A stretch of DNA of 64,000 nt, taken from positions 4,034-68,033 of the forward strand of contig SLIZ01000104.1 in the NCBI GenBank assembly GCA_007135395.1. Reading direction: 5' to 3'. Below, piece by piece: positions 9,416-17,557 of the stretch. The translations under genes and the position numbers were made by a program. This DNA is from Wenzhouxiangellaceae bacterium. Its GTDB lineage: Bacteria > Pseudomonadota > Gammaproteobacteria > Xanthomonadales > Wenzhouxiangellaceae. The notes below the pieces were generated by a model that saw nothing but the letters and a program-made list of their open reading frames with translations, was not told where the DNA came from and searched no databases. Numbering within the stretch: the first letter of the stretch is position 1; each line of letters opens with the position of its first letter.

Positions 9416-10657
9416 TTACCTCGATCTTGTGCTCTCGAGGTTCTCTATCGCCCAGTTGCAGGCATCCTCGCCGTTCATTGGTTGTGAGATGTAGTAACCC
9501 TGGGCCAGGTCACAGTGAATGCCGCGAAGGAATTGCAGGGTTTCTTCGTCTTCCACCCCTTCGGCAGTCGTTTGCAGCCCCAGGCTGTGGCCCAGGTTCA
9601 TGATCGACCGGATAACCGCCCGGGACTCCTCGGATCGTGCGGCAGTCATGACAAAAGAACGGTCCACCTTGATTTCCGAAAACGGCAGGCGCACCAGTTG
9701 CAGCATGGAGGAGTAACCGGTTCCGAAGTCGTCGATTGAAAGCTGGAAGCCCTTCATGCGAAGACGTGTAAGCAGGTCCAGGGATCCCACCGGGTCTTCC
9801 ATTGCACTGGTTTCTGTCAGCTCGAAAATCAGCTGTTCGGGATGGATTCCCAGAGTACTGCATCGTTCCACGAGATGGTCGATGAATGCCGGATCACCCA
9901 CGGAGCGGGCGGAAATGTTGATCGACAGCGTCAGGTCGTTTGCATCATCTGAATCGACCTTGCCGGATGGGCTTGTGAAACTCTCGGAAAACCAGTTGAG
10001 GGATTTTTCCAGGACCACGCGCGTCAACGGCTCGATCAGTCCGGTTTGCTCTGCGAGCGGGATAAAGTACGCAGGTGTCAGGAGGCCCCGTTTCGGATTC
10101 TGCCAGCGCACCAGAGCTTCGAAACCGGCGATCTTGCCGCTGCTGCAATGAATCTTGGGTTGATAGCGTACCCTCAGTTCTTCCAGATCGAGACCGGCCC
10201 GCAGCTCGGCCTCATCGGGCAGGTCGATTCCGGCATCATCGTAGTGGCCAGATGCCTCCACGGCTGTTTTCGGCCTGGTATCACCATCTTCGAGCAGCTT
10301 TCTCAGCTCCGATGGGGAAAAGGGCTTGGACAGTTCCCCGACAATGTCCAGCCCATGTTCCCGGGCAGACCGTCCGGCGGCATCCAGAACCCGGCTGCCT
10401 ACTCCACTTGTGATGATGATCCGGGACCGGCACTTGAGCCTGGCAAGCTCAACCATGACTTCCACACCGTCCATTTCCGGCATGATCAAGTCCAGTGCAA
10501 TATGGGTCGGGTCCCAGCTTTCGACCGTCTTGAAAAAGGTATCCGAATTGGTTGTTACGCGGGAGGCAATACCGGCACTCTGGGCGATGAAACCGATAGT
10601 GTTTGCGGTCATCTGGTCATCATCAAGCACCAGCAGCCGTTTCTCGTTGTCTTTCAA
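9416..10657 (-). CDS. Response-regulator receiver + EAL domain protein (c-di-GMP phosphodiesterase type)
   Basis: The receiver has LLVLDDD...DLIMPEMDG...SKPF. The EAL domain has YQPKI...FEALVRW, ELTE and DDFGTGYSS. The track start is TTG 10702. TTG 10657 lies 8 nt after GGAGG, immediately before the receiver, and I prefer it. Confidence 0.88.
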   Translation of the reverse strand: MKDNEKRLLVLDDDQMTANTIGFIAQSAGIASRVTTNSDTFFKTVESWDPTHIALDLIMPEMDGVEVMVELARLKCRSRIIITSGVGSRVLDAAGRSAREHGLDIVGELSKPFSPSELRKLLEDGDTRPKTAVEASGHYDDAGIDLPDEAELRAGLDLEELRVRYQPKIHCSSGKIAGFEALVRWQNPKRGLLTPAYFIPLAEQTGLIEPLTRVVLEKSLNWFSESFTSPSGKVDSDDANDLTLSINISARSVGDPAFIDHLVERCSTLGIHPEQLIFELTETSAMEDPVGSLDLLTRLRMKGFQLSIDDFGTGYSSMLQLVRLPFSEIKVDRSFVMTAARSEESRAVIRSIMNLGHSLGLQTTAEGVEDEETLQFLRGIHCDLAQGYYISQPMNGEDACNWAIENLESTRSR

Positions 10658-10928
10658 ACCTGGTACCTCCGGGGATTTCCGTCCCGAACACCCCCCAATC
10701 AAGAATTTTGCCGCCTCGTGAACCCCGGGGTCCGTTTCCAGTGCAGATTTTGCCAGTTTGACAGATTTTTCGCCACAGGGTATTGACTTGCTTCAGAAAA
10801 ACAAAAGCCGGGCCACCACAGGACCTCCCGCTGCATTCCACAGGCCTCGGTTGCCACCAAAACCACAACCGGGCTACAATCCCCGGCTTGGCTTCATTTT
10901 TGCCTGAAAAGCCGAAAAATCTGAATAA

Positions 10929-11005
10929 GCGCCCGTAGCTCAGCTGGATAGAGTACTGCCCTCCGAAGGCAGGGGTCGCAGGTTCGAATCCTGCCGGGCG
11001 CGCCA
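10929..11005 (+). tRNA. tRNA-Arg (anticodon CCG), CCA encoded
   Basis: Cloverleaf folded by hand: acceptor GCGCCCG/CGGGCGC, D-arm GCTCAGCTGGATAGAGT, anticodon stem CTGCC/GGCAG with loop CTCCGAA (CCG at 10963-10965), T-arm GCAGGTTCGAATCCTGC, 3' GCCA. Confidence 0.93.
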
Positions 11006-11017
11006 GATTCCAGAACA

Positions 11018-11046
11018 ATGCCCCACCATCCGAGTGGGGCATTTTT
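11018..11046 (+). terminator. Intrinsic terminator after tRNA-Arg
   Basis: ATGCCCCAC-catccga-GTGGGGCAT followed by TTTTT. Confidence 0.7.
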
Positions 11047-11061
11047 CTATCCAGTAGCCCC

Positions 11062-11077
11062 GATTCGAACCTGCGAC
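11062..11077 (-). repeat. Inverted 16-nt copy of the tRNA-Arg T-arm (GTCGCAGGTTCGAATC)
   Basis: The reverse complement of 11062-11077 is identical to tRNA positions 10975-10990. Similarity stops abruptly on both sides. Confidence 0.8.
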
Positions 11078-11121
11078 AATTGACAGGAAGGTTCGAACCG
11101 AGGACCGGCAGGTCCGAGCTC

Positions 11122-11144
11122 GCTGAAATACGGAGTATTTCAGC
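11122..11144. other. Perfect 10-bp stem hairpin GCTGAAATAC-GGA-GTATTTCAGC inside the tRNA-derived scar
   Basis: Read directly from the sequence. It sits between a T-loop-like AGGTTCGAAC (11089-11098) and the duplicated tRNA 3' end. Confidence 0.6.
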
Positions 11145-11145
11145 A

Positions 11146-11163
11146 ATCCTCTCGGGCGCGCCA
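11146..11163 (+). repeat. Direct imperfect copy (16/18) of the tRNA-Arg 3' end; att-like scar
   Basis: ATCCTCTCGGGCGCGCCA compared with tRNA 10988-11005 ATCCTGCCGGGCGCGCCA. Confidence 0.75.
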
Positions 11164-11205
11164 CCCATAAAAAAGCCTCCCACCGGGAGGTTTTTTTATG
11201 GGTGG
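11161..11205. terminator. Long perfect palindrome / bidirectional intrinsic terminator
   Basis: CCACCCATAAAAAAGCCTCCC-acc-GGGAGG(T)TTTTTTATGGGTGG. The stem is about 21 bp, with an A-run on one side and a T-run on the other. Confidence 0.65.
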
Positions 11206-11536
11206 GGTGCCCGAGGAATCTGATGAGAACCTCGGGTTGCTGCGCCCGCTGACGCGGGCATGGCCTGCGGTCTGTCGCTTGCGCTCCAGCGAGCGCAGCA
11301 CCCTTCAATGCCGTAAATTGATTCGGCCAGAAGTCCCCGAACAGAAAAAATGGGGGAGATCGCCTCATCCGCTGCGCGGGAGGGTATGCTGAAGCTGAAA
11401 TTTCCAAACGGATAACCGGGGCGAAAAAGCGTGGCTTTGGCGAACAGGGCGCAGTAGACGGGGACGCACCTGACTGATGACCTTGTGGTTTAGTCCAGGC
11501 CGACAATTGAAGGCATTTCTGACAAGGAGGATGACG

Positions 11537-12007
11537 ATGCATATCTCGAATCGAATCCATGTGGCCATGTGGAATTCCATTGTTGTGCTGGTGCTGGCCA
11601 GTGCGATGTCGGTGGCCAGCGCCAACGATTACCTGGGCAATCTCAGCGCAAACCCGTATGCGGGCAACTCCACATCGAATCCCTACGGCGCGGGAAATCC
11701 CTATCGGGCCGATGGCATCAACAACAACTTCGGGCGCTACGGCAGCCCGTATTCCAACCGGAGTGCGACCAATCCGCATGCCACCCGAGCCCCGAGGCTT
11801 TACGACCAGCAGGGCAACTACCGGGGCCGGTTGAGTACCAATCCCCATGATCCCGACTCCATTTCCAACCCCTACGGGCGCTACGGCAATCCCCATTCGC
11901 CGGACAGCATCAACAACCCCTACGGTGCCGGCAACCCGTACCGGCAGGACTCCCCCAACAATCCCTACGGGCAGGGTTGGAAGATCATTGGCGACGATGG
12001 TCGCTAG
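11537..12007 (+). CDS. Small secreted repeat protein with reiterated NPY(G) motifs; function unknown
   Basis: ATG 11537 lies 6 nt after AAGGAGG. The signal-peptide-like N-terminus is MHISNRIHVAMWNSIVVLVLASAMSVASA. About 127 aa follow with repeated SxNPYG/GNPYR/NPH units (SANPYAGNSTSNPYGAGNPYR...SISNPYGRYGNPHSPDSINNPYGAGNPYRQDSPNNPYGQG). Confidence 0.65.
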   Translation: MHISNRIHVAMWNSIVVLVLASAMSVASANDYLGNLSANPYAGNSTSNPYGAGNPYRADGINNNFGRYGSPYSNRSATNPHATRAPRLYDQQGNYRGRLSTNPHDPDSISNPYGRYGNPHSPDSINNPYGAGNPYRQDSPNNPYGQGWKIIGDDGR

Positions 12008-12363
12008 TGGGCCACGCGGCAAATCAGGTAACACTCAGAGCCACTGTTCCTGTGCGAATCAAGGCGCGTTTCGTATGGAATGGTTGTTCCCTTTCCAGCG
12101 AAACAGAAGAAATGCCGACATGAGCGATGTCCCACTGAACCGGCTGGACGATTTAGTCCCTGGCCGAGCAATGCCTGCTCGCCGGGATCGAAAAGCGTTA
12201 CGCCGACCAGCGCAAGCTGGCAGATGAATGCCGGGCACATGGAATGCTTGAGCCCGGGCGCTCGAGCGGAATCGACCTCGGTTTCCGAATGAAGGCCCGG
12301 ATGGGCAGGTGCCGGCCGTAGTGCCGGCCCGGTGAATTGCGCGGCTGGCAGGAGAACCGCCGG

Positions 12364-13332
12364 GTGGACTGGAAGACGCTGGAAAAGTATCAGGCGCTGA
12401 TCTACCTGGCCGCGGCAATTGCAGGCCTGGGGTTAGGGCAGAGGCTGGACTTCCACACAGGCCCTGGCCAGACCCTGTTGTGGCCACTGCTGGGGGTGTT
12501 GCTGTATACGACCTTTGTCCAGGTCCGGCTGGGATCCCTTGGCCGGGCTTTTGGTGATATCCGTTTTACGGCCACGGCGGTTGCGGGCAACTTCCTGGTC
12601 ATTCCCCTGGTTGTTTTCGCGTTGCTCTGGCTGGTCCCGGCCGACCCTGCCGTGCGGCTGGGGGTGGCAATGGTGTTGCTGGTCCCTTGCACGGACTGGT
12701 TCATCAGTTTTACCCAGCTCGGGCGGGGCGATACGGGAAAGGCAATCGCGTTCACCCCCTTGAGCCTGTTGCTTCAGGTTGCACTCCTGCCCGTTTACCT
12801 GGCGGTGCTCCTGGGAACCGAGGTGGCCACGGGCCTGGTGCGGGTGGAGCTGTTGTGGGCATTCGTGTTGCTGATCCTGCTGCCGTTTTTCATGGCCCTG
12901 GTGACACAACGCTGGGCGGTGAGATCTTTCGGGCGGGCGCGAAGGCTCAGGGAACTGGCATGGCTGCCGATCCCGTTGCTGGCCATGGTTGTCTTCCTGG
13001 TTGCCGCCACCCAGTCCGGGACATTGATGGAGTCAGGCAGGATTGTCTGGCAGGTTGTCGGGGTGTTTGTGGCCTTTCTGGCATTCGCGGCGCTGCTGGC
13101 CCGGTTGCTGGCTTCGTTGACCGGCATGCCGGCCGAGCAGGGTCGGGTCCTGGCTTTCAGCTTCGGGTCAAGAAACAGTTTCGTGGTATTGCCCGTAGCC
13201 CTGGCGCTGCCTGCCTCCATGGAGCTGGCCATGGTCGTGATCGTTCTGCAGTCGCTTGTCGAGCTGTTCGGAATGATTGCCTTTGTCTGGCTGGTACCCA
13301 ACTGGTTGTTTCCGGACCGAACGGCCCCTTAG
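12364..13332 (+). CDS. ACR3/bile-acid:Na+ symporter-superfamily membrane transporter (arsenic-resistance-protein-like)
   Basis: Multi-TM protein beginning (M)DWKTLEKYQALIYLAAAIAGLGLG, which resembles the roughly 320-aa family usually annotated as arsenic resistance protein. GTG 12364 lies 8 nt after AGGAGA; the track ORF starts at TTG 12337. No arsR or arsC is nearby. Confidence 0.6.
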   Translation: MDWKTLEKYQALIYLAAAIAGLGLGQRLDFHTGPGQTLLWPLLGVLLYTTFVQVRLGSLGRAFGDIRFTATAVAGNFLVIPLVVFALLWLVPADPAVRLGVAMVLLVPCTDWFISFTQLGRGDTGKAIAFTPLSLLLQVALLPVYLAVLLGTEVATGLVRVELLWAFVLLILLPFFMALVTQRWAVRSFGRARRLRELAWLPIPLLAMVVFLVAATQSGTLMESGRIVWQVVGVFVAFLAFAALLARLLASLTGMPAEQGRVLAFSFGSRNSFVVLPVALALPASMELAMVVIVLQSLVELFGMIAFVWLVPNWLFPDRTAP

Positions 13333-14582
13333 GGTCCGCCGAAATCGAAACTCATGCAGTAACCTGTTCGCCAGATCGGGTAGTCCAGGCTGCATCGAAA
13401 GCCGATAAAACTCGCGGAGTCCTGTTCGATCTGTTCGAACAGAAAACCTGATAATTCCTCCTGGCGATCATACGCAGCCGTGGCCGCGTTGTTCAGGCCA
13501 CCGCCGAGCAATTCAAGCTTCGGACCGGAGGCGAAGCGGGTCTGCCAGCGGTCGCCGGGATGGGCAGCAAAGTCCGGCCGCCAAAGGTGGACATCCAGGG
13601 CCGGGATGCAGGCACGGGCCAGGTCCCGGTGGAGGTAGATGTCGAATACCATGCGCCGGGTCGGGAAGTTGATCATGGCCCAGGCTTCTTCCAGCGGTGG
13701 CGTCCGGGTGGACGGGTGGCTGGAGACGTTGCGGGTGCCGAACATCACATCCACCGGTTTCCCGTCACCGGAGCGGTCGTCAATGGTCTGGACAAGGTAT
13801 TCCCCGGGTTGTCGGGTGCTGACCACCGGTGGCGGGTTGGTGCTGAAATCCGGAATGAACGCGGCCGGGGCCTGGGTGCCGGCGCCAGGCGTATCGCCGA
13901 CCAGGCTGCGAAAGGGCCGCTCGTCCTTGTCGGATTTTCCGCTGGTGAAATTGTGGAAGGTCAGGGGCACCGCATCGGGACTTGCCTGGTGGCCGATCAG
14001 CCCGTGTACCCGGGCAATTTCCATCTTTTCCCTGTCTTTTCCCTTCCCGGGAAAATAGGCATATACCGCCACCCAGGCCTCCGAGGTCCGTCCGGTGAGA
14101 GTTCCAGCGGCATCGAACATCTGCCGGCGGGCCGCTTCCGGCACATTGCCCGGACCGGGTTCGGCGGTGTCGGTTGCCGGGGTGCTGGCGATGCGCCGGA
14201 TGAGAACCGACTGGTTGCCGCCCAGGGCGTTGAAGCAGTCTTCGAGCATGCCGATGGAGGCATCCAGGTGCTCGATGGCTTCCGGCTCCACCCCCTTGCG
14301 GGAGGCGCTATCCAGCAACCGGCGCAGGCCGCGAACGCCCGGCATCTTCTCGACGATGGAAAGGCCGGCAAAGGGGCGGTTGACCATGAAGACCAGGCGC
14401 TGGCAGGTGGTCCGGTCCACATCCAGGTACCGGGCCATGCCGCTGGCATTTCGTGCCTGGGCCGGCAGGGACTGGAGGAAACTGCGCAACTGTTCGTGTA
14501 CACGACGCAGGGCCCGGTCGGCCTGGCGAATCTCCTGGGCACTGAGCCCTGCATTGTGTCGCGCGGGAGCGCTGTCTGCCAT
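13329..14582 (-). CDS. Hypothetical protein, 417 aa, no family recognised
   Basis: ATG 14582 is preceded by AGGAGAGG. The amino-acid composition looks coding-like. I recognise no motif. The track ORF extends to 14729. Confidence 0.6.
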   Translation of the reverse strand: MADSAPARHNAGLSAQEIRQADRALRRVHEQLRSFLQSLPAQARNASGMARYLDVDRTTCQRLVFMVNRPFAGLSIVEKMPGVRGLRRLLDSASRKGVEPEAIEHLDASIGMLEDCFNALGGNQSVLIRRIASTPATDTAEPGPGNVPEAARRQMFDAAGTLTGRTSEAWVAVYAYFPGKGKDREKMEIARVHGLIGHQASPDAVPLTFHNFTSGKSDKDERPFRSLVGDTPGAGTQAPAAFIPDFSTNPPPVVSTRQPGEYLVQTIDDRSGDGKPVDVMFGTRNVSSHPSTRTPPLEEAWAMINFPTRRMVFDIYLHRDLARACIPALDVHLWRPDFAAHPGDRWQTRFASGPKLELLGGGLNNAATAAYDRQEELSGFLFEQIEQDSASFIGFRCSLDYPIWRTGYCMSFDFGGP

Positions 14583-14700
14583 TAAACCTCTCCTGGATAA
14601 ATCCCCTGGCCCGGCAATATTGCCACTCCAGGGGAACCTGGGTGGTCTGAATCTGGGGTCCGGTTGACACCGGACTGGAGACTGATCATACTGCATCAGG

Positions 14701-14743
14701 CCTGTTCTGAACAGTGCAGAACAGGTCAAACACAGTTGTTCTG
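14701..14743. promoter_or_regulatory. Candidate operator: palindrome CCTGTTCTG-N7-CAGAACAGG plus a third TGTTCTG copy
   Basis: Located in the 205-bp divergent intergenic region between the 417-aa gene and the LVIVD gene. A second inverted repeat, GTCCGG-TTGACA-CCGGAC, lies at 14659-14676. Confidence 0.35.
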
Positions 14744-14787
14744 CAAGTTCAGATCCTTATCACTGCACGATTCAAGGTAGATGCCCA

Positions 14788-16791
14788 ATGCGATATTCGA
14801 TGATTGCCGCGCTTTTGCTGTTTCTGAGTCCGGTGCCGGTTTCGGCCGGGGCGCAGAACGAATCCGAACTGACGACACCCGTCCATCGCGACGGGCAGAA
14901 TTCCGGTGGTTTGCCCCTGATACTGAGTCAGGCAAGGGGCGGAGCACATTCCTATCCGGTCATCCGGGGCGATCATGTCTACATCGGCAGCGGGACTACC
15001 GTGACGACCTGGGATTACAGCGACCCGGCGGAACCGGAGCGGGTTCATGCGACCTGGGATGAACCCCTGCAGGGGCCGATTCAGGCCATGGCTGCCCACG
15101 GTGACTACCTGTATGCAACCTGGAATCGTCCCGACGATACCAGTGCGGTGGCCGTGTATTCCATCGAAGACCCGGCAGCACCCCAGCTGCTGGTGGAAAT
15201 CGACGATTACCACGACTCGGATTTTTCCGGAGCCGGAGCGATCGGCGTGATCAACGACTACCTGGTTTTCAATGACAGCCAGTTGGGCCTTCACGCCAGT
15301 GATCTTTCCAACCCGGCCCACCCGGAATTCGATCTTGTCTACTCGGAGTTCATCGACTACGGGCGTTTCTTTGTCGAAGGTGACTGGCTGGTAACCACCG
15401 GCCAGGGCTGGTTGGGGGATACCTTTCTGACCGTGTTCGATTTTACTGACCCGAACGATCCGGAGGAACTGGGACAATTGAGTATCATCGAAAACACTTC
15501 CTTCCGTCTCGACGTGGCCGGAACCCTGGCGGCAGGGTTTGGTACCCACTTCGAGATCTATGATTTCAGTGATCCGTCGAACATGGAACTGCGCGCCAGC
15601 ATCGAGCTGGACGAACCCCTGACCGGGGGTGCCATCCACGGCGACTTCGCCTATGGCGGCGGTCGGGATGAATTGCGCGTGTGGGACATTTCCGACCCGG
15701 ACGATCCGGTGGAACTCAATGCTGTCGACATGGATACCTTCGGACTTCACGCGGTATCTCCAACCGACCACGGGCCGTTGCTGGTTACCCGCAAGGACCG
15801 GGCCATGCTGATCGACAGCAGTGACCCGGGCGAGCCCGGCCTGCTCAGCGATGTGGTCCTGCCCGGAGGCTATGGAGTCATTGACCTGGTCCAGGCCGAC
15901 GATTACCACCTGATGGTCCAGCAGGACTACGGTTACACCGTTCACGAGCCGGGCAATCCGGAGGTCCTGACCCAGTTCGATGCCGACCTGCCCCTGGAGA
16001 TGAGCGCACGGGCCTTTTATACCGGCCAGCCGGTTGATGACCATGTCTACCTGGCAAGCTGGGGCACGGGTATCCTGGCCGTCGATGCCAGCGACCCGCT
16101 GGACCCGGTCCAGGTCGATACTGCCGAGTTTCCCTTTGCCACGGCGCTGGATGTTCAAGGGGACATGGCCTACACCGGCAGCACGACCAACGGCGGGGTG
16201 TTCGGGATTCTTGATGCAAGCAAGCCGGCTTCACCTCAGTTGATCGGCTCGATGGAAACCTCCCAGACTTTCGGCCTTGAAGTCCATGGCGACTACGCCT
16301 TTACCTCCGAAGGCAGCACGTTCGGTCCCGGGGGCCTGTATGTCATCGACGTATCCGATCCGACCGACCCGGAACTGGTATCGAACTACGGCGGCTGCGA
16401 CAGCGCCTCGGATGTGACCGTGGATACGGAAAGGTCACTGGCCTTCCTGGCCTGCTCGGACGGGGATCTTCACCTGGTCGACATCTCCGACCTGGAAGCG
16501 CCCGTCCAGGTCTCCGTCTATTCCTCCCACGATGGTTTTTCGGAGTCCGACAGTGTGGCGCGGATGGGAACCCGGGTCCTGTTCGGCAATCGATTCGGTG
16601 TGGATGTGGTCGATACCAGCCAGCCGGAAAGCCCGGAAATGCTCCAGCGCCTGGAAACCCCCTGGCCACCGCGCAATATCGTGGTGGCCGATGAGAAGGT
16701 TTATGCCTTTACCGGCCCGGCCGGCATGTTTGTGTTCGAAGTCGTCGGCGACGAGATCTTCCATTCCCGCTTCGAGGCCGACGACCAATAA
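14788..16791 (+). CDS. Secreted LVIVD-repeat beta-propeller protein
   Basis: Signal peptide MRYSMIAALLLFLSPVPVSAGA. The unit [hydrophobic]4-D-[IVA]-SDP-x-x-P recurs many times (VAVYSIEDPAAPQ, LTVFDFTDPNDPE, FEIYDFSDPSNME, LRVWDISDPDDPV, AMLIDSSDPGEPG, ILAVDASDPLDPV, LYVIDVSDPTDPE, LHLVDISDLEAPV, VDVVDTSQPESPE). Confidence 0.85.
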   Translation: MRYSMIAALLLFLSPVPVSAGAQNESELTTPVHRDGQNSGGLPLILSQARGGAHSYPVIRGDHVYIGSGTTVTTWDYSDPAEPERVHATWDEPLQGPIQAMAAHGDYLYATWNRPDDTSAVAVYSIEDPAAPQLLVEIDDYHDSDFSGAGAIGVINDYLVFNDSQLGLHASDLSNPAHPEFDLVYSEFIDYGRFFVEGDWLVTTGQGWLGDTFLTVFDFTDPNDPEELGQLSIIENTSFRLDVAGTLAAGFGTHFEIYDFSDPSNMELRASIELDEPLTGGAIHGDFAYGGGRDELRVWDISDPDDPVELNAVDMDTFGLHAVSPTDHGPLLVTRKDRAMLIDSSDPGEPGLLSDVVLPGGYGVIDLVQADDYHLMVQQDYGYTVHEPGNPEVLTQFDADLPLEMSARAFYTGQPVDDHVYLASWGTGILAVDASDPLDPVQVDTAEFPFATALDVQGDMAYTGSTTNGGVFGILDASKPASPQLIGSMETSQTFGLEVHGDYAFTSEGSTFGPGGLYVIDVSDPTDPELVSNYGGCDSASDVTVDTERSLAFLACSDGDLHLVDISDLEAPVQVSVYSSHDGFSESDSVARMGTRVLFGNRFGVDVVDTSQPESPEMLQRLETPWPPRNIVVADEKVYAFTGPAGMFVFEVVGDEIFHSRFEADDQ

Positions 16792-16809
16792 TTTTCGGTT
16801 CCATGAGCA

Positions 16810-16842
16810 CCGGCCCTGGAAGGGGGCAGGGCCGGTTTTTTT
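16810..16842 (+). terminator. Intrinsic terminator of the LVIVD gene
   Basis: CCGGCCCTG-gaaggggg-CAGGGCCGG followed by TTTTTTT. Confidence 0.8.
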
Positions 16843-16867
16843 GACTACTCCGGATTCATTACCGGGA

Positions 16868-17557
16868 CTATTGTCCTGACCGGGCCCGATCTCCGCCCCG
16901 CCGGCGTCCTTCGCCTCGCTGCCAATCCTCCCGTTCCCGGTTTTCGGCTTCCTGGCCGGATTCCAGTGTCCAGCCGACCAGTTCCGTGGCCAGTTCGCCA
17001 AGCGCTTGTTCGAATGCCTCGATCAGCTCGTCGAGCTCCTTGCCCCGGGTTGTTGCCCGGTGCTCGAAGCGCCGGGTTGCGAGCATGCGCGAGGAGCGCA
17101 CGTGAACCAGGTTGGCCTGCAGAACAATTTCCACTTCCAGGTCCGGGCCACCGGTATCGACCGCCTCGAACCGGCGCAATTCGGATGTCAGGCTGTAGCG
17201 TGACCGGGAACTTCCCGGCCGGCTGACCCCGGCGATCCGGCCGGAATCCTCGTGGGCCTGGATCATGGCGGACTGCAACATTTCCGGCACGGAATCGAGC
17301 CAGACCGCCGATGGATAGGGCTGCATCCGGGAAGGCCCCACGCGAACCAGGATGCGGGCAGAATCACGCATCTGATCGGCCACCGGGCGACGAATCTGCA
17401 GCGACCAGTCCACCTCCGGCCATTCGTCGCTGGTTGTCAGTTCGACTTCCGGGGCAATGATGTTCAGCGACCGGGTTTGCCCGCCCAGCATGCAACCGGT
17501 TGCCAGTATCAGACAGGCCAGCCCGGTGACCAGGGTTCTGCATCGGGGGGTATTCAT
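16868..17557 (-). CDS. ABC-type transport auxiliary lipoprotein (DUF330 / PqiC-YmbA-like)
   Basis: Lipobox LILATGC after a basic N-terminus. Its ATG overlaps the stop of the upstream MCE gene (ATGA at 17554-17557). Position and size are typical of the fourth gene of Mla/MCE-like clusters. The C-terminal tail is Arg/Glu-rich. Confidence 0.75.
   Translation of the reverse strand: MNTPRCRTLVTGLACLILATGCMLGGQTRSLNIIAPEVELTTSDEWPEVDWSLQIRRPVADQMRDSARILVRVGPSRMQPYPSAVWLDSVPEMLQSAMIQAHEDSGRIAGVSRPGSSRSRYSLTSELRRFEAVDTGGPDLEVEIVLQANLVHVRSSRMLATRRFEHRATTRGKELDELIEAFEQALGELATELVGWTLESGQEAENREREDWQRGEGRRRGGDRARSGQ

Noticed and set aside
12008-12336. About 330 bp with short ORFs upstream of the ACR3-like gene (for example MSDVPLNRLDDL... 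and ...LAEQCLLAGIEKRYADQRKLADECRAHGMLEPG in different frames); possible decayed small gene or arsR
   Set aside because: There is no continuous frame, no recognisable HTH or ArsR motif and no RBS. It could be a degraded gene, but I cannot support a call.
14749-16158. 469-aa minus-strand ORF opposite the LVIVD gene
   Set aside because: It is a shadow ORF. The plus-strand frame has a signal peptide and a clear repeat architecture, and this frame has neither.
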